From NCBI RefSeq assembly GCF_001194135.2, contig NC_068985.1, positions 70,803,601 through 70,867,600 on the forward strand: 64,000 nt of DNA, read 5' to 3'. The notes below the pieces were generated by a model. That model did no database searches and was not told the origin of the DNA. It saw only the letters and a list, made by a program, of their open reading frames with translations. Source of the DNA: Octopus bimaculoides. Its lineage: Eukaryota. A program made the translations under genes and the position numbers. This document shows, piece by piece, positions 14,141 through 27,105 of this stretch (positions are counted from its first letter, which is position 1; each line of letters starts with the position of its first letter).

Positions 14141-15044
14141 GAAAATTGTACATACCTCGATTATCTGCAGACTATAGTTTCAAAATCAATACTTCCAAAT
14201 TAAAGTATCTATTTATCATCAGTACAGATTGCCGATATTCCTATAATCGAACAGAATCTCGTGCTAGTTGTCTTCAACCAGTGAAAACGTGCATGTGATT
14301 CTATCCATTATAAAGATTAAAATTCAAAAGTCTTAGTTTTGGCGCGCTGAATCCGGAAAATATCTCTGCAGAAAATAATTTCTGCTTTGAATTTACCAAC
14401 TTTGAGAAATTAACATAATATGGTAAAAATTCGATATTAATTAATATCAATTTAATACCAGGAAAACTAGCACATTAAAAGAATATTAATTAATATCGAA
14501 TTTTTACCATAAAATGTTAATTAACCATAATCACATTTCTCAAAGTTGGTAAATTCAAAGCAGAAATTATTTTCTGCAGAGATATTTTCCGGATTCAGCG
14601 CGCCAAAACTAAGACTTTAGAATTTTAATCTTTATAATGGATAGAATCACGTGCACGTTTTCACTGGTTAAAGACAACTAGCACGAGATTCTGTTCGATT
14701 ATAGGAATATCGGCAATCTGTACTGATGATAAATAGATACTTTAATTTGGAAGTATTGATTTTGAAACTATAGTCTGCAGATAATCGAGGTATGTACAAT
14801 TTTCACTGGTCTAGCCTGCCTGTTTTTGCTCCGCTGAATCCGTATTTGAGAATTTTTTAAGTGAGCTTCCTCTAGCATATTGACAGACCGGTCACTGGTC
14901 AATCTTATATACACAAGTACTATAATCCTTTTAGGATCTCGAAAACAAATTTTTCCTGAACCTTCTGATTCTTTTAATGTGCTAGTTTTCCTGGTATTAA
15001 ATTGATATTAATTAATATCGAATTTTTACAATATTATGTTAATT
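14141..15044. repeat. Fold-back inverted duplication (arms 14141-14447 and 14483-14804) with a further inverted copy of the apex at 14968-15044
   Basis: The arms are near-perfect reverse complements (GAAAATTGTACATACCTCG... versus ...CGAGGTATGTACAATTTTC), with a 12-nt bulge at 14523-14534 and a 35-nt loop. Confidence 0.95.
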
Positions 15045-15189
15045 ATATATATATATATATAGGTATATATATATACATATGTGTGTGTGCGTGTGTGTAT
15101 ACACACACGTGTGTGTATGTGTGTGCAAATGCATGCGTGTGCCTGTGTATTTGCTTGTGCTTGTTCTACACCATTGCTTGACAACCACT

Positions 15190-15525
15190 TTTGCCTAAGA
15201 TACACTCAAATATTCACTGAAGTGCTTTGAGACCAACCCCAACAATTGGGAAATATTAACACAGGAGTGCCATGCCAGGCGAAATTGCGCCAACAGAAGA
15301 GTCACCTCCTACTAACAGAACAGGATTGCAGGAGCACAAAGATAATGTGAACTGCGCTAGTCCAGAGCCAATTCCTTGCCTTTAGTCCCAGCAGACCACC
15401 TTTGCGCCACCTGCTGCTTAGCCTCCGAAGCACACATTGGACTGATCGGCTACGGCCTGATACAGTGTGACCCTTCTTCTCCCATGTAATGCTTCTGGTC
15501 ATGGTCGACAACAATGGGTAAACAT
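15190..15525 (+). mobile_element. RTE-clade LINE 3' fragment
   Basis: Decayed translation .KDTLKYSLKCFETNPNNWE... and ...SEAHIGLIG. matches the RTE C-terminus (YKDTLK.SL....I....WE..A.DR; F.A.IGL.SH). Confidence 0.6.
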
Positions 15526-15807
15526 TACCATTATTAATTTCATTGACACTTTTGCTCTGGCACTATACGAAAAAGGTGAACCATATCAAATGACCAAAAG
15601 TCCTTTGGGTCATTCTTTCATCAACTTTTTAACACCCCTTTTACAATCCTTGCTGTTCCCAACAAGACTGTTTTCTGCTCAGCGCCTTTTCTGATGATAA
15701 TTCCTAGTTTCTCAAGCCATGCATCCAACTTTTTACTAACTGCCCCCAAGATATACGCCGTTCTTTCGTTCACAAACTTGCTTCTAAGATAACACTCCAT
15801 TACAGCT

Positions 15808-16192
15808 TTACTCTTTTACTAGTTTCAGTCATTTGACTGTGATCATGCTGGAGCACCATCTTCAGTCGAATAAATTGACCCAGGATTTATTCTTTGTAAG
15901 CCTCGTACTTATTCTATCGGCCTCTTTTGCCGAACCGCTAATTTGCGGGGGACATAAACACACTAACATCGACTGTCAAGCGATGGAGGGGGTACAAACA
16001 CAGACATACAAACATATGCATACTTATATATACGACGGGCTTCTTTCAGTTTCCGTGTACAAAATCTACTCACAAGCCTTTGATCAGCCAGAGGCTATAG
16101 CAGAAGATACTTGCCCAAGGTGCCTCGCAGTGGGCCTGAACCCGGAACCATGTGATTGGAAAGCAAGCTTCTTATCACACAGCCACGCCTGC
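15808..16192 (-). mobile_element. tRNA-derived SINE, family A (CORE-like), near full length
   Basis: On the minus strand: head GGCTGTGTGATAAG, B-box GGTTCAGGCCC, CORE-like GCACCTTGGGCAAGT, an internal (GT/TA) tract and a 3' tail ending GACTGAAACTAGTAAAAGAGTAA. Confidence 0.8.
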
Positions 16193-16610
16193 TTTGTTTA
16201 CTTCCATTTCATTCTAGCAGTATCACGGTGATGACCAGGCCTGCACTGCTCCCCCACAGTACATCTACCGGATGAGGTATCGTCACTAGAAGCTCCAGCA
16301 TTATTCACGTCTTTTTCAGAAACTATTTCTAGAGGGTGACATAAACGACTTTAAGCGACCCTCAATCTTAAAGTTTAAGTGAACTATCTTGCGCTGGTGA
16401 CCATTCCGGTAATTTATATTCTGCAGCTGCAAATTCTACACGATTTTTAGATAACCGTTGGCTCTTCTGAGTTCCTCCGCCCTTTCACAGGCCTTGCTTT
16501 TTCATCCCGCAGGGTGCCATACTATTTGCCCATCTTTTATACCAAGACAAAACAATGTACATGATAACACTTCAGATCAGTTAAGATGAGAAGACATGAG
16601 TGCCGCTATC

Positions 16611-16642
<32 letters not shown>

Positions 16643-16701
16643 GTAGTAGTAGTAGTAGTAGTAGTATTATCATCATCATCATCATCATCATTATTATTAT
16701 T

Positions 16702-16898
16702 GAAGCGTCGAGATGGCAGAATGTTTAGCACGCAATGCGAAATACTTAGCGGTATTTCGCCCGTCGCTACGTTCAAATTCCGCCGAGGTCGACTTTACCG
16801 TTCATCCATCCGGGGTCGATTAATTGATTACCAGTTGAATACTGGGGGAGATATAATCGACTATCCTCCTCTCCCAAATTTCAGGTCTTGTGCCTATA
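16702..16898 (+). mobile_element. SINE family M
   Basis: A-box-like TGGCAGAATGTTTAG, B-box GTTCAAATTCC, Meta-like core; flanked by (ATT)n. Confidence 0.85.
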
Positions 16899-16956
16899 AT
16901 AAACAATTATTATTATTATTATTATTGCTATTATTATTATTATTATTATTATCATT

Positions 16957-17172
16957 AAGGCAGTGAGCTCGCAGGATGCTTAGCACGTAGGACGAAATGC
17001 TTAGCGGTATTTCGCCTGTCTTTACGCTCTGAGTTCAAATTCTGCAGATGTCGATTTTGCCTTCCATCCTTCGGGGTCGATGAAATAAGTGCCAGTTGGA
17101 CATCGGTGTCGATGCAAGCGACTCATTCTCTCCCCCAAAATTGTTGCCCTTGAGACAAAATTCTAAACTATT
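16957..17172 (+). mobile_element. SINE family M, tandem with the previous copy
   Basis: GAGTTCAAATTCTGC...GCCTTCCATCCTTCGGGGTCGATGAAATAAGTGCCAG. Confidence 0.85.
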
Positions 17173-17589
17173 ATTAATGTTGTTGTTGTCGTCGTCGTTG
17201 TCGCCGTTGTTGCTGTTGTTGTTGTTGTTGTTGTTGTTGTACCTTTATTAAGAGTGTGGTCTTCTTTTTCTCAGTACTGCTCTCTCTCTATATATATATA
17301 TATTTAAACAAATGAAAGTCTTCTGATTACTGTAACACAACATTCCAGATGGTTTGGATATTCATAGTTTTTCAATTAATACAAATTTAAACCTAATTAT
17401 GCATCATCATTGAATATTTATGCATTTCGTGGAATATACTTTAATGCAACGGCTGAAGAGCACAATTAATGTATAAGATTTTATGTGAAATTTATGCTTT
17501 TCTGCTTTGATACAAAATATGTTGCTGTTAAAGTTGAGTTTGGCTGGTTATGTATATACATGTAACTCAATCCCACTTGGATTTACTCG

Positions 17590-18094
17590 TATGCGTGACA
17601 CCTTGGGCAAGTGTCTTCTGCTATAGCCTCTGGCCGACCAAAGCCTTGTGAGTGGATTTGGTAGACGGAAACTGAAAGAAGCCCGTCGTATTTGAGTTCT
17701 TAATTACTGTGGATCTATTCTTTGGTGTCTATATACCGATTCTCTATGTAAATACAAACATACGTATATATNNNNNNNNNNNNNNNNNNNNNNNNNNNNN
17801 NNNNNNNNNNNNNNNNNNNNNNNNNNNNNNNNNNNNNNNNNNNNNNNNNNNNNNNNNNNNNNNNNNNNNNNNNNNNNNNNNNNNNNNNNNNNNNNNNNNN
17901 NNNNNNNNNNNNNNNNNNNNNNNNNNNNNNNNNNNNNNNNNNNNNNNNNNNNNNNNNNNNNNNNNNNNNNNNNNNNNNNNNNNNNNNNNNNNNNNNNNNN
18001 NNNNNNNNNNNNNNNNNNNNNNNNNNNNNNNNNNNNNNNNNNNNNNNNNNNNNNNNNNNNNNNNNNNNNNNNNNNNNNNNNNNNNNNNNNNNNN

Positions 18095-18158
<64 letters not shown>

Positions 18159-18310
18159 CCACCAAAATGACAACCGGTGTTGGTGTGTCTGCGTCCTCGT
18201 AACCTAGCGTTTCTGTAAAATAGCCCAAGTTGGGGTCCATTCACTCGACTAAAATTCCGTCAAGATGGTATCCCAGTATGACCGCAGTCTCATGACTGAA
18301 ACAAATAGAA
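17590..18310 (+). mobile_element. SINE family A spanning a gap
   Basis: 5' part ACCTTGGGCAAGTGTCTTCTGCTATAGCC...GAAAGAAGCCCGTCGTAT (17595-17691); 3' part ...CCCAGTATGACCGCAGTCTCATGACTGAAACAA after the gap. Confidence 0.7.
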
Positions 18311-18849
18311 AATAAAAGATAGACTCAAATAGACATACATTTAGATAACATCATGCATACATTCAGACAGACAGATGGATAGACAGACTTGTAGTTAGAT
18401 AGATTGATAGGGAGATAGAAAATTATAATTTCGAAAGATAAAAACACAAGGTACATTCTGAAATGAGATTTCACATCTAGTTAATAAAGTTATCATGCAG
18501 TTTCAAATTGAATTCTTCTCTCTTTTTTTCGTAGCATAGAAAATCGGTGATACGTTATAGCGGTAGAAGCTATATTGCTGTTGATGATAGAGTTAGTGGT
18601 TTGTTTTACCAGTGAATTAGGTGAGGGGAACTTATATGGATCTGTATGATTGTGATAGTGAGTTAATAATTTATGTTAGGATGGTGATAACGACGATTAA
18701 AAGAGCTCTGGTCATGTTAGTGGTATTGGTATTGATACGAATAATCAGAGGAGGAACGTGTGTGTGTGTATGCGTGTGCGTGGAGCGAATCATATCTGCA
18801 TTGGAAGTAGAAATGGAATATAAGAAAAGGAGAGAAAAGCGAGTTAGAG

Positions 18850-18897
18850 AAGAAAGAGAGGGTAAATGAGAGAGAGAGGGAGAGAGAGAGAGAGGGA

Positions 18898-18961
<64 letters not shown>

Positions 18962-19099
18962 GAGTGAGAGGTAGAGACAGAGAGGGCGAGAAAGATAAAG
19001 AGGGCGACAGAGCAGCAGAATCAGGTAGCCTAAGAATATCAGAAGTTAATATATGGAGACAATTAGAGAGATAAAGAAGAGTTATATCGCTGGTTGGTT

Positions 19100-19139
<40 letters not shown>

Positions 19140-19366
19140 TATATATATATATATATACGCATATATAACATACACATATATAACATCCACATATGTATGC
19201 ATTTGTGTAAATATGTGAGTTCTTGTGTATGTGCATGTGCGAAAGCGTATAAGTGTATATTTATATATAAATATACACACACACATATTTATATATATAT
19301 ATATTTATATATGTATGCCTGTGTGTGTGTACATATATATGTATATATATATACATATATATGTAC

Positions 19367-19448
<82 letters not shown>

Positions 19449-19620
19449 AAATAGTTATTTATATATATACATATGCATATATATATATATGTATATATAT
19501 GTACATATGTATATACGTAAATATATATATATATATTTATATATGTATGTACATGTATACACACGCACACACATTTATATATCAATACACACATACATAC
19601 ACGCACACATTCATAATACT
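18850..19620. repeat. (AG)n, (AAAG)n and long (AT)n-rich block
   Basis: Direct reading. Confidence 0.92.
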
Positions 19621-21549
19621 TCCATGTCTATGTCTGTGCTTTTACATTCATAGACTCACGCACACTTTCATGGTCTCTCACTGTACATTTCTCCACTGCC
19701 TTCCCCCATCTCTTTTCCGTCTTACTTTTTCCCCATCTATCTCTCTGTCTCTCCCTCGCTCTATGTTTCTCTCTTTATCTATCTCTCTATCGCTCTCGGT
19801 ATCTCTCACTCTCTCTCTATATATATAAATTTTTTTCACCTTTTTTTGTCAATACTGTAATAAATGTACATAAAGAAAAAAAAAGAAAAAAGTATGAAAT
19901 TAAAGAGTTGTATTCAAAAGCGACAGCCAACAAAACACAGAAAATATAAGCAGAATATAAAAGAAAAAAGGAAAAAGCAATAAATAATGTTTTAATTAAA
20001 TGAAGAATATAAAAAAGAGAAAGCTGAAGAGACAGAAATATCCACATAGGCTCGGAAAAAAATATAGGGCTGCATTGAAGGATTCAGATGGGTAATTTCC
20101 TTTTGTTGAGTTTGGCGACGAAAGGGGAAAGATAAAATAGAATAAGACGACGAAAGGCGATAACATACACATATATAAGTATGTGCCTGTGTATGCATAT
20201 ATATAGATACATACATACATACATACATACATACATACGCATTTAGTGAAAGTCAATTTATGAGTNNNNNNNNNNNNNNNNNNNNNNNNNNNNNNNNNNN
20301 NNNNNNNNNNNNNNNNNNNNNNNNNNNNNNNNNNNNNNNNNNNNNNNNNNNNNNNNNNNNNNNNNNNNNNNNNNNNNNNNNNNNNNNNNNNNNNNNNNNN
20401 NNNNNNNNNNNNNNNNNNNNNNNNNNNNNNNNNNNNNNNNNNNNNNNNNNNNNNNNNNNNNNNNNNNNNNNNNNNNNNNNNNNNNNNNNNNNNNNNNNNN
20501 NNNNNNNNNNNNNNNNNNNNNNNNNNNNNNNNNNNNNNNNNNNNNNNNNNNNNNNNNNNNNNNNNNNNNNNNNNNNNNNNNNNNNNNNNNNNNNNNNNNN
20601 NNNNNNNNNNNNNNNNNNNNNNNNNNNNNNNNNNNNNNNNNNNNNNNNNNNNNNNNNNNNNNNNNNNNNNNNNNNNNNNNNNNNNNNNNNNNNNNNNNNN
20701 NNNNNNNNNNNNNNNNNNNNNNNNNNNNNNNNNNNNNNNNNNNNNNNNNNNNNNNNNNNNNNNNNNNNNNNNNNNNNNNNNNNNNNNNNNNNNNNNNNNN
20801 NNNNNNNNNNNNNNNNNNNNNNNNNNNNNNNNNNNNNNNNNNNNNNNNNNNNNNNNNNNNNNNNNNNNNNNNNNNNNNNNNNNNNNNNNNNNNNNNNNNN
20901 NNNNNNNNNNNNNNNNNNNNTATATATATATATATATATATATACGACATGTGTGTGTGTTTGTATGTACATATATAAGTATGTATATATACATATATAG
21001 ACCTGGAGAGGAAGAAAGAAAATAGGGAGGGACAAAGAGTGAGATTTATAAATAAGCACACATACATGCTGACTGATATTTATATATATATATATATATA
21101 CACATACATATATATATGCATATATATGTATGCATATAGATATATATGTGTGTATAATTAAATATGCATACATATGTATATACATGCAATCATACATATA
21201 CATACAAGCATACACATATACATGCATGCATACATACATACATGATGTACATACGAAAGCGACTGTGAGATATGACAAGCGCATGTTGTGTGCGGTGTAG
21301 TGAGTGAGCGTGGAGCATGGGTTTGGGGAGGTGTAGAGGTGTTGGTGGTGAGGTTAGGCGTAGGAATCAATAGCGAATCTGCACACGTTCCTTATCTACA
21401 TTTGCCAGGACAAAAGTCTTGGGAGTCATCGTCGTCGTAGTCATCGTCGTTATCATCATCATCATTGCCGTCACTATTGCATTACATCTTGTTTATTGCT
21501 TCTCTTGTTCATTACATCATCTGCCGTCTGGGGCCAGCATCGGTACCAG

Positions 21550-21576
21550 CGTATTATTATTATCATTATTATTATT

Positions 21577-21659
<83 letters not shown>

Positions 21660-21662
21660 CTT
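21550..21662. repeat. (ATT)n microsatellite
   Basis: Direct reading. Confidence 0.97.
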
Positions 21663-22279
21663 ATTGCTTCTGACAGCTTTACGGTGAAGGATGTAAATAC
21701 GTAAGGTGTAAGATATGACGCAACGCAACTTTATATTTTTATTTCAGCGTTTTTTTCTACTATTGCTGTTGTTGTTGCTGATGTTGTCTTGTTGTTGTTG
21801 ATGATGATGAGGAGGATGATATTGCTGTGGTTGTTGCTGATGTTGTGTTGCTGTTGATTTTTCAAACTTTGAAACATTACTTTACAGCAATAGTTCTCAA
21901 TACTTCTCACACTGGAAATCAAATAAAGTAATTACTAGCACATCTCGTATGGTAAAATATAGAATGTCTATATTTTAAAGTTAATGATTTAAAAAAAAAA
22001 TAATAGAAATCTGTTACTTTGTTGTTATTTATCGTACATAACTCGTAAAACAAAATTATGAATAACATGTTTTTCAAGCGGGGTTAGCCAATAGTCTGGA
22101 ATTTCTGAAGCCTTAAATTAATATTTTTAAAATCCGTGACGCATTTAGACACCCTTTGTGGTACGCTATGTTTTATAGCAATCATAGTAAGATCAATAGA
22201 AAAAATATTTATGAAATAACCAGTTTAACTCAGCGATTTAAAAAATAACCACTTAATATAATTTTTCATATTTTAGCAA

Positions 22280-22778
22280 AAGCTAGTAATTTGAGAGGGT
22301 GCGTTAGACAATCATATCGATCCAGTACATGACTAGTACTTTATGGTTTTGTGTGATTTTGAGTGATGAAAGGCAAGATTTGAACACAGAGCGTAAATAT
22401 CTGGAAGAAATATCGCTAGACATTTTTTCCGACGTAGTAATAACTCTGACAGCTCATTGCCTTAAGTCAGTTTAAAAACATTTTCAGAACAACTTCCACT
22501 ACAGCACTGTTGCTACTATCACAAATCATAATATTGCTGATGCTTTTAATAATGATAATCCTTTCCACTAAAAGCACAGGAACAAGGCCTGAAATGTTGA
22601 TGTGGGTAGAGCTAGTCGATTACATCGACACCAGTGTTTCACTGGTATTTAATTTATCGACCCCAAAAGGAGGAAAAGCAAAGCCGACCTCGGTGGAATT
22701 TAAAATCAGACCGTAAACACCCACGAAATGTAGCTAAATATTTTGCCGTCGTGCTAACGATTCTGCCAGCTCGCCACC
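22280..22778 (-). mobile_element. Two SINE family M copies (~22280-22450 degenerate; ~22570-22778)
   Basis: Reverse-complement signature GTCGATTACATCGAC.CCAGT...CTGGTA.TT.A.TT.ATCGAC...GAAAGGCAAAG.CGACCTCGG.GGAATTT. Confidence 0.8.
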
Positions 22779-22787
22779 TTAATAATG

Positions 22788-23114
<327 letters not shown>

Positions 23115-23119
23115 ATAAT

Positions 23120-23177
<58 letters not shown>

Positions 23178-23214
23178 CTGATGAGGATTATGATGATGAT
23201 AATAATAATCCCTT

Positions 23215-23842
23215 CTATTATAGAGGCACAAGGCTTGAAATTTAGGGGCACTGGGTACTCAATTACATTGACCTCAGTGCTGAACTGGTACTTATTTCAT
23301 CGATCCCAAATTAATGAAAGGCATCGATGAAATTTGAACTCAGAACATAAAGAGAGATTAGAATGCCTCTAAGCATTTTGCTCGGTGGGCTAAGCGTTCT
23401 ACCAGCTTCCCGCCTTTTTTCTAATAATAATATTGTTTTCAAATTTTGGCATAATGCCATCAATTTCGGGGGAGAGGCTATGTCGATTAAATCGACCCCA
23501 ATTCGCAACTGGTACTTATCTAATCAATCCTGAAAGGATGAAAGGCAAAGTTGTCCTCGGTGAAATTTGTACTCAGAACGTAAAGACGGACGAAATACCG
23601 TTAAGCATTTTGTTCGACGGGCTAACCGTTCTATCAGCTCCCCGCCTTTTTTCTAATAATAATATTGGTTTCAAATTTGTACACAAGTCCAGCAATTTCG
23701 GGGATTACATCGATCGCAGAGCTCAATGGGTACTTATTTTATTGAAAGGCTATGCAGACCTCGGCGGAATTTGAATTCAAAACGTAAGGAATGGGAATAA
23801 ATATTCTAAGGCGTATTTGTTCCGGCGTTCTAACGTTTCTAC
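23215..23842 (-). mobile_element. Three head-to-tail SINE family M copies (~23215-23415, 23430-23650, 23660-23842)
   Basis: The repeated signature above, separated by short AAT spacers. Confidence 0.85.
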
Positions 23843-24589
23843 TCTATTTCTTTTTTGAAGAAAGGAAACGTTTAATATATCTCTAAAGCCATGATCAATA
23901 ACAGACAATAATGATAGTAATAATGGTGGCGGTGGCCGTGGTGGCCGTGGTGGTGGCGGCGGGGTAGCAGCGGTGGCGAAGGTGGTGGTAGCAGCAACGG
24001 TGGCGTCAACGGCATCGGCAGCAGTAGCAGTAGCAGTAGTGGTAGTAGTTATCTTTTATTATTGTCAGCATGCCCCATTCATTTATACAATAAAACTGCA
24101 TGCAAAGATGTTACGAAATACGAAGAGATAAACGAAACAAAATTATGTAAAAACGAGGGGAGAGGAGGGTCAAGGGCGTTATGCCATGTATTAAGACATG
24201 CTAAAAAATGTTAAAGTTGCACTAAATAATTACAGAAAATAAATAGATGATTATAAAAAAGAAAAACAAGAAAACACGGATATAATTTTGAAAATGATAT
24301 AATTTATGGAAACAAGAAAAACAAACAATTTAACCCCACCCATACTCACTTGGGAGAAACCCCGACTAGGTTGAGTCAGAGCACCTCATGACACTGCCCG
24401 CCTGCCACACGTCGATTTGGAACAACAATGGCGGCGGAGGCGGTGACGGCAGCGGCAGCGATGGTGATAATGTTTAATACTGCAATAACTTCGCCCATTT
24501 TGTTTTGCATGGAGTCTGGCTGATATAATGTTATTGAATGGGTTTCTTCATGTCTGACTGACTGATTTTTGTTGTTGTTGTTGTTGTTC

Positions 24590-24609
<20 letters not shown>

Positions 24610-24621
<12 letters not shown>

Positions 24622-25320
24622 GTTCAGCTCTAATTCAACCTTCATCGAGCAGACCTGAGATCAAAGTCGTTCAATCCACGATCTAATGGTCTTTTTGTAT
24701 ATCTAGGACTTCATTGTAAACTTCGTTTTCCATTAAAAAAAAAAAAAGAGAGTGAATAAAAATGGTGCAGTCTGATTTGAGGGACATTCAGTTGCTCTTT
24801 CGTTCGTCTGAGTGGCGGATCGACAATCGTTATGGTTCGGTGCTTCTTTGAGGCTTGCTTAATAAGTATTTCGGTCACATTGACTTTCTCCTCGCATTTT
24901 TTTTTTTTTCATTCCAACCTATTCTCCTTTCTGCATTTTACTGCCTTTTCTTCTTGTCAATATCATTCCATGCATATAGCCAACCTTCATACTTTTCCAC
25001 ACAATATGGCGTATTCTATGTGTCATTTCTTAATATTTCCAAACAAGAAGGAAAATATCTAAATGTACAATACAAGAGGTACTCATGGTTTGGATTGACA
25101 TAAAGTCACAAAAACATTTCTTGTTAGTTTGCTCTCACTCAGCTTGGATATAACAAACTGTGTTCAAGTGCATTCCATCTTTGACCATTCTACCTTTCAT
25201 TATTAGTATACAGAACTGCATTATGGCCTGTCCTCTTTTTATGAAGAAAAGGCTTTGGTTTGAGAGAATTTTACTGCTATTTCTATCATTTTGGGCGATC
25301 ACGTTGAAGGATCCATGTGA
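24610..25320 (+). mobile_element. Degenerate interspersed repeat family D fragments (~24610-24830, ~25140-25320)
   Basis: Shared motif GTG.GATTTGAGGG.GATTT.GCTGCTATTTCTAGCAGG, also seen at 27165-27660 (minus), 31270-31460 (plus) and 59340-59400 (minus). Class not determined. Confidence 0.45.
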
Positions 25321-26219
25321 GACCGTACCCGAGAATGGGAAGTTAACTTTGGTGCTTCCAACATGGTGTCATTGCTCATATTCAATTTTGTTGGAATATT
25401 GACAATCAATCTTTCCTTTCAAACTATGCAAATAGACTCTATGGAAACAGGTACAATAAATTTAGGTATTATGCATTTTTCGTATTTTTCTATCTGAATT
25501 TTAATCTCTGTATTTCTGATATCCTCATAACAGATGTTCGTATACGGCTGAATGGGTGACATGGCAATACTAGAGGTTTAATGACCCTTCAAAACGTGTT
25601 AAGTTTATGCTTGAGTCAAACAGATCTTCCTCGTATTTGTTGACATTTGAGTCTTTTACGTTCCATACTCTGCACGCCTTACCCGCTTTCGTCTGTATGA
25701 TGACAAAAGGTTACTGTTTTTGAAAATATCTATATATCTATCTTCTCTTACATTTCTAATTTATATATNNNNNNNNNNNNNNNNNNNNNNNNNNNNNNNN
25801 NNNNNNNNNNNNNNNNNNNNNNNNNNNNNNNNNNNNNNNNNNNNNNNNNNNNNNNNNNNNNNNNNNNNNNNNNNNNNNNNNNNNNNNNNNNNNNNNNNNN
25901 NNNNNNNNNNNNNNNNNNNNNNNNNNNNNNNNNNNNNNNNNNNNNNNNNNNNNNNNNNNNNNNNNNNNNNNNNNNNNNNNNNNNNNNNNNNNNNNNNNNN
26001 NNNNNNNNNNNNNNNNNNNNNNNNNNNNNNNNNNNNNNNNNNNNNNNNNNNNNNNNNNNNNNNNNNNNNNNNNNNNNNNNNNNNNNNNNNNNNNNNNNNN
26101 NNNNNNNNNNNACACACACACACACACAAACGCGCGAGCGCAACATACATCTAAGCATATAAACAAACAGGTACGTATGTGTGTCTGACGAAACAACTAA
26201 GACTCCTTGATATTCTTAT

Positions 26220-26445
26220 ACAGCTAAAACAGGGCGGTGTGCTGGCAGATTTGCTAATAGACTTGGCAAAATGCTTAGCAGCGTTTCGTCCATCTTTTCG
26301 TTCTGAAATCAAATTCCGCCGAGGTTGCTTTGCCTTTTATCCTTTCCGAGTCGATAAAATAAGCACCAGCTGAGTGTTGGGGGTCAATGTAATCGACCTA
26401 CCCCACTTATCTGAGCTGGCCTTCTACCAAAAATTTGAAACCAAT
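26220..26445 (+). mobile_element. SINE family M
   Basis: GCTGGCAGA...AAATGCTTAGCAGCGTTTCGTCC...GAAATCAAATTCCGCCGAGG...GTCGATAAAATAAGCACCAG. Confidence 0.8.
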
Positions 26446-26964
26446 ATATAGACATGACATAATTAGGCATTATACCATTTCAGACCATTTTTTAACTTTG
26501 ATCTATTCAACTGCTCTGACGTTACACTACTATATGCGACTAAGTTAATCAATTAGTTAAATCATTTCTATTAGCTAATCTTTATTAATGTTTCTTTAAA
26601 TCACTGTACTGTCGTGCTGCACATCTTGTCTTCTTCAGGCGATTCCATCATACAGCCTGTGAGAATGAAAGCAAAATTTGGCCTTATTGAGATTTGAACT
26701 CGGAGTGCAGAGGGCAGGAAGATATGCCATCCCACCACTCTAATAACGTTGTCAGTTCAGTCTTTCTATTACGTATGTTAATGTAGACTTACTATGTAAT
26801 CTATGGTGATACAGTCTTACTATGTTACTTATCGCATAGATAAATAAATATCTATGAAGAAGTGTATTTAGCAGTTGAAGTAGCGAGGATTGGAGTAACT
26901 GTATACACTATATACTTCACGTAAAATTATATTTCTTTCAATCAATCTTAATATTATTTTCAGC

Positions 26965-27105
26965 AATGTTATTTCGCCGAAGTCGACTTTACCCTTCGTC
27001 CTCGGGGCCGATAAAATAAATACCAGTTGAGTACTGGGATTGATGAACTCGACTTACCCCCCACCCCCGAAATTGCCCGCGTCGTGCCAAAATTTGAAAT
27101 TATTA
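26965..27105 (+). mobile_element. SINE family M, 5'-truncated
   Basis: CGCCGAAGTCGACTTTACCCTTCGTCCTCGGGGCCGATAAAATAAATACCAGTTGAGTACTGGG. Confidence 0.75.

Noticed and set aside
16490-16590. Acceptor-like TTTTTCATCCCGCAG|G
   Set aside because: The frames close within ~25 codons, with no matching donor or known peptide.
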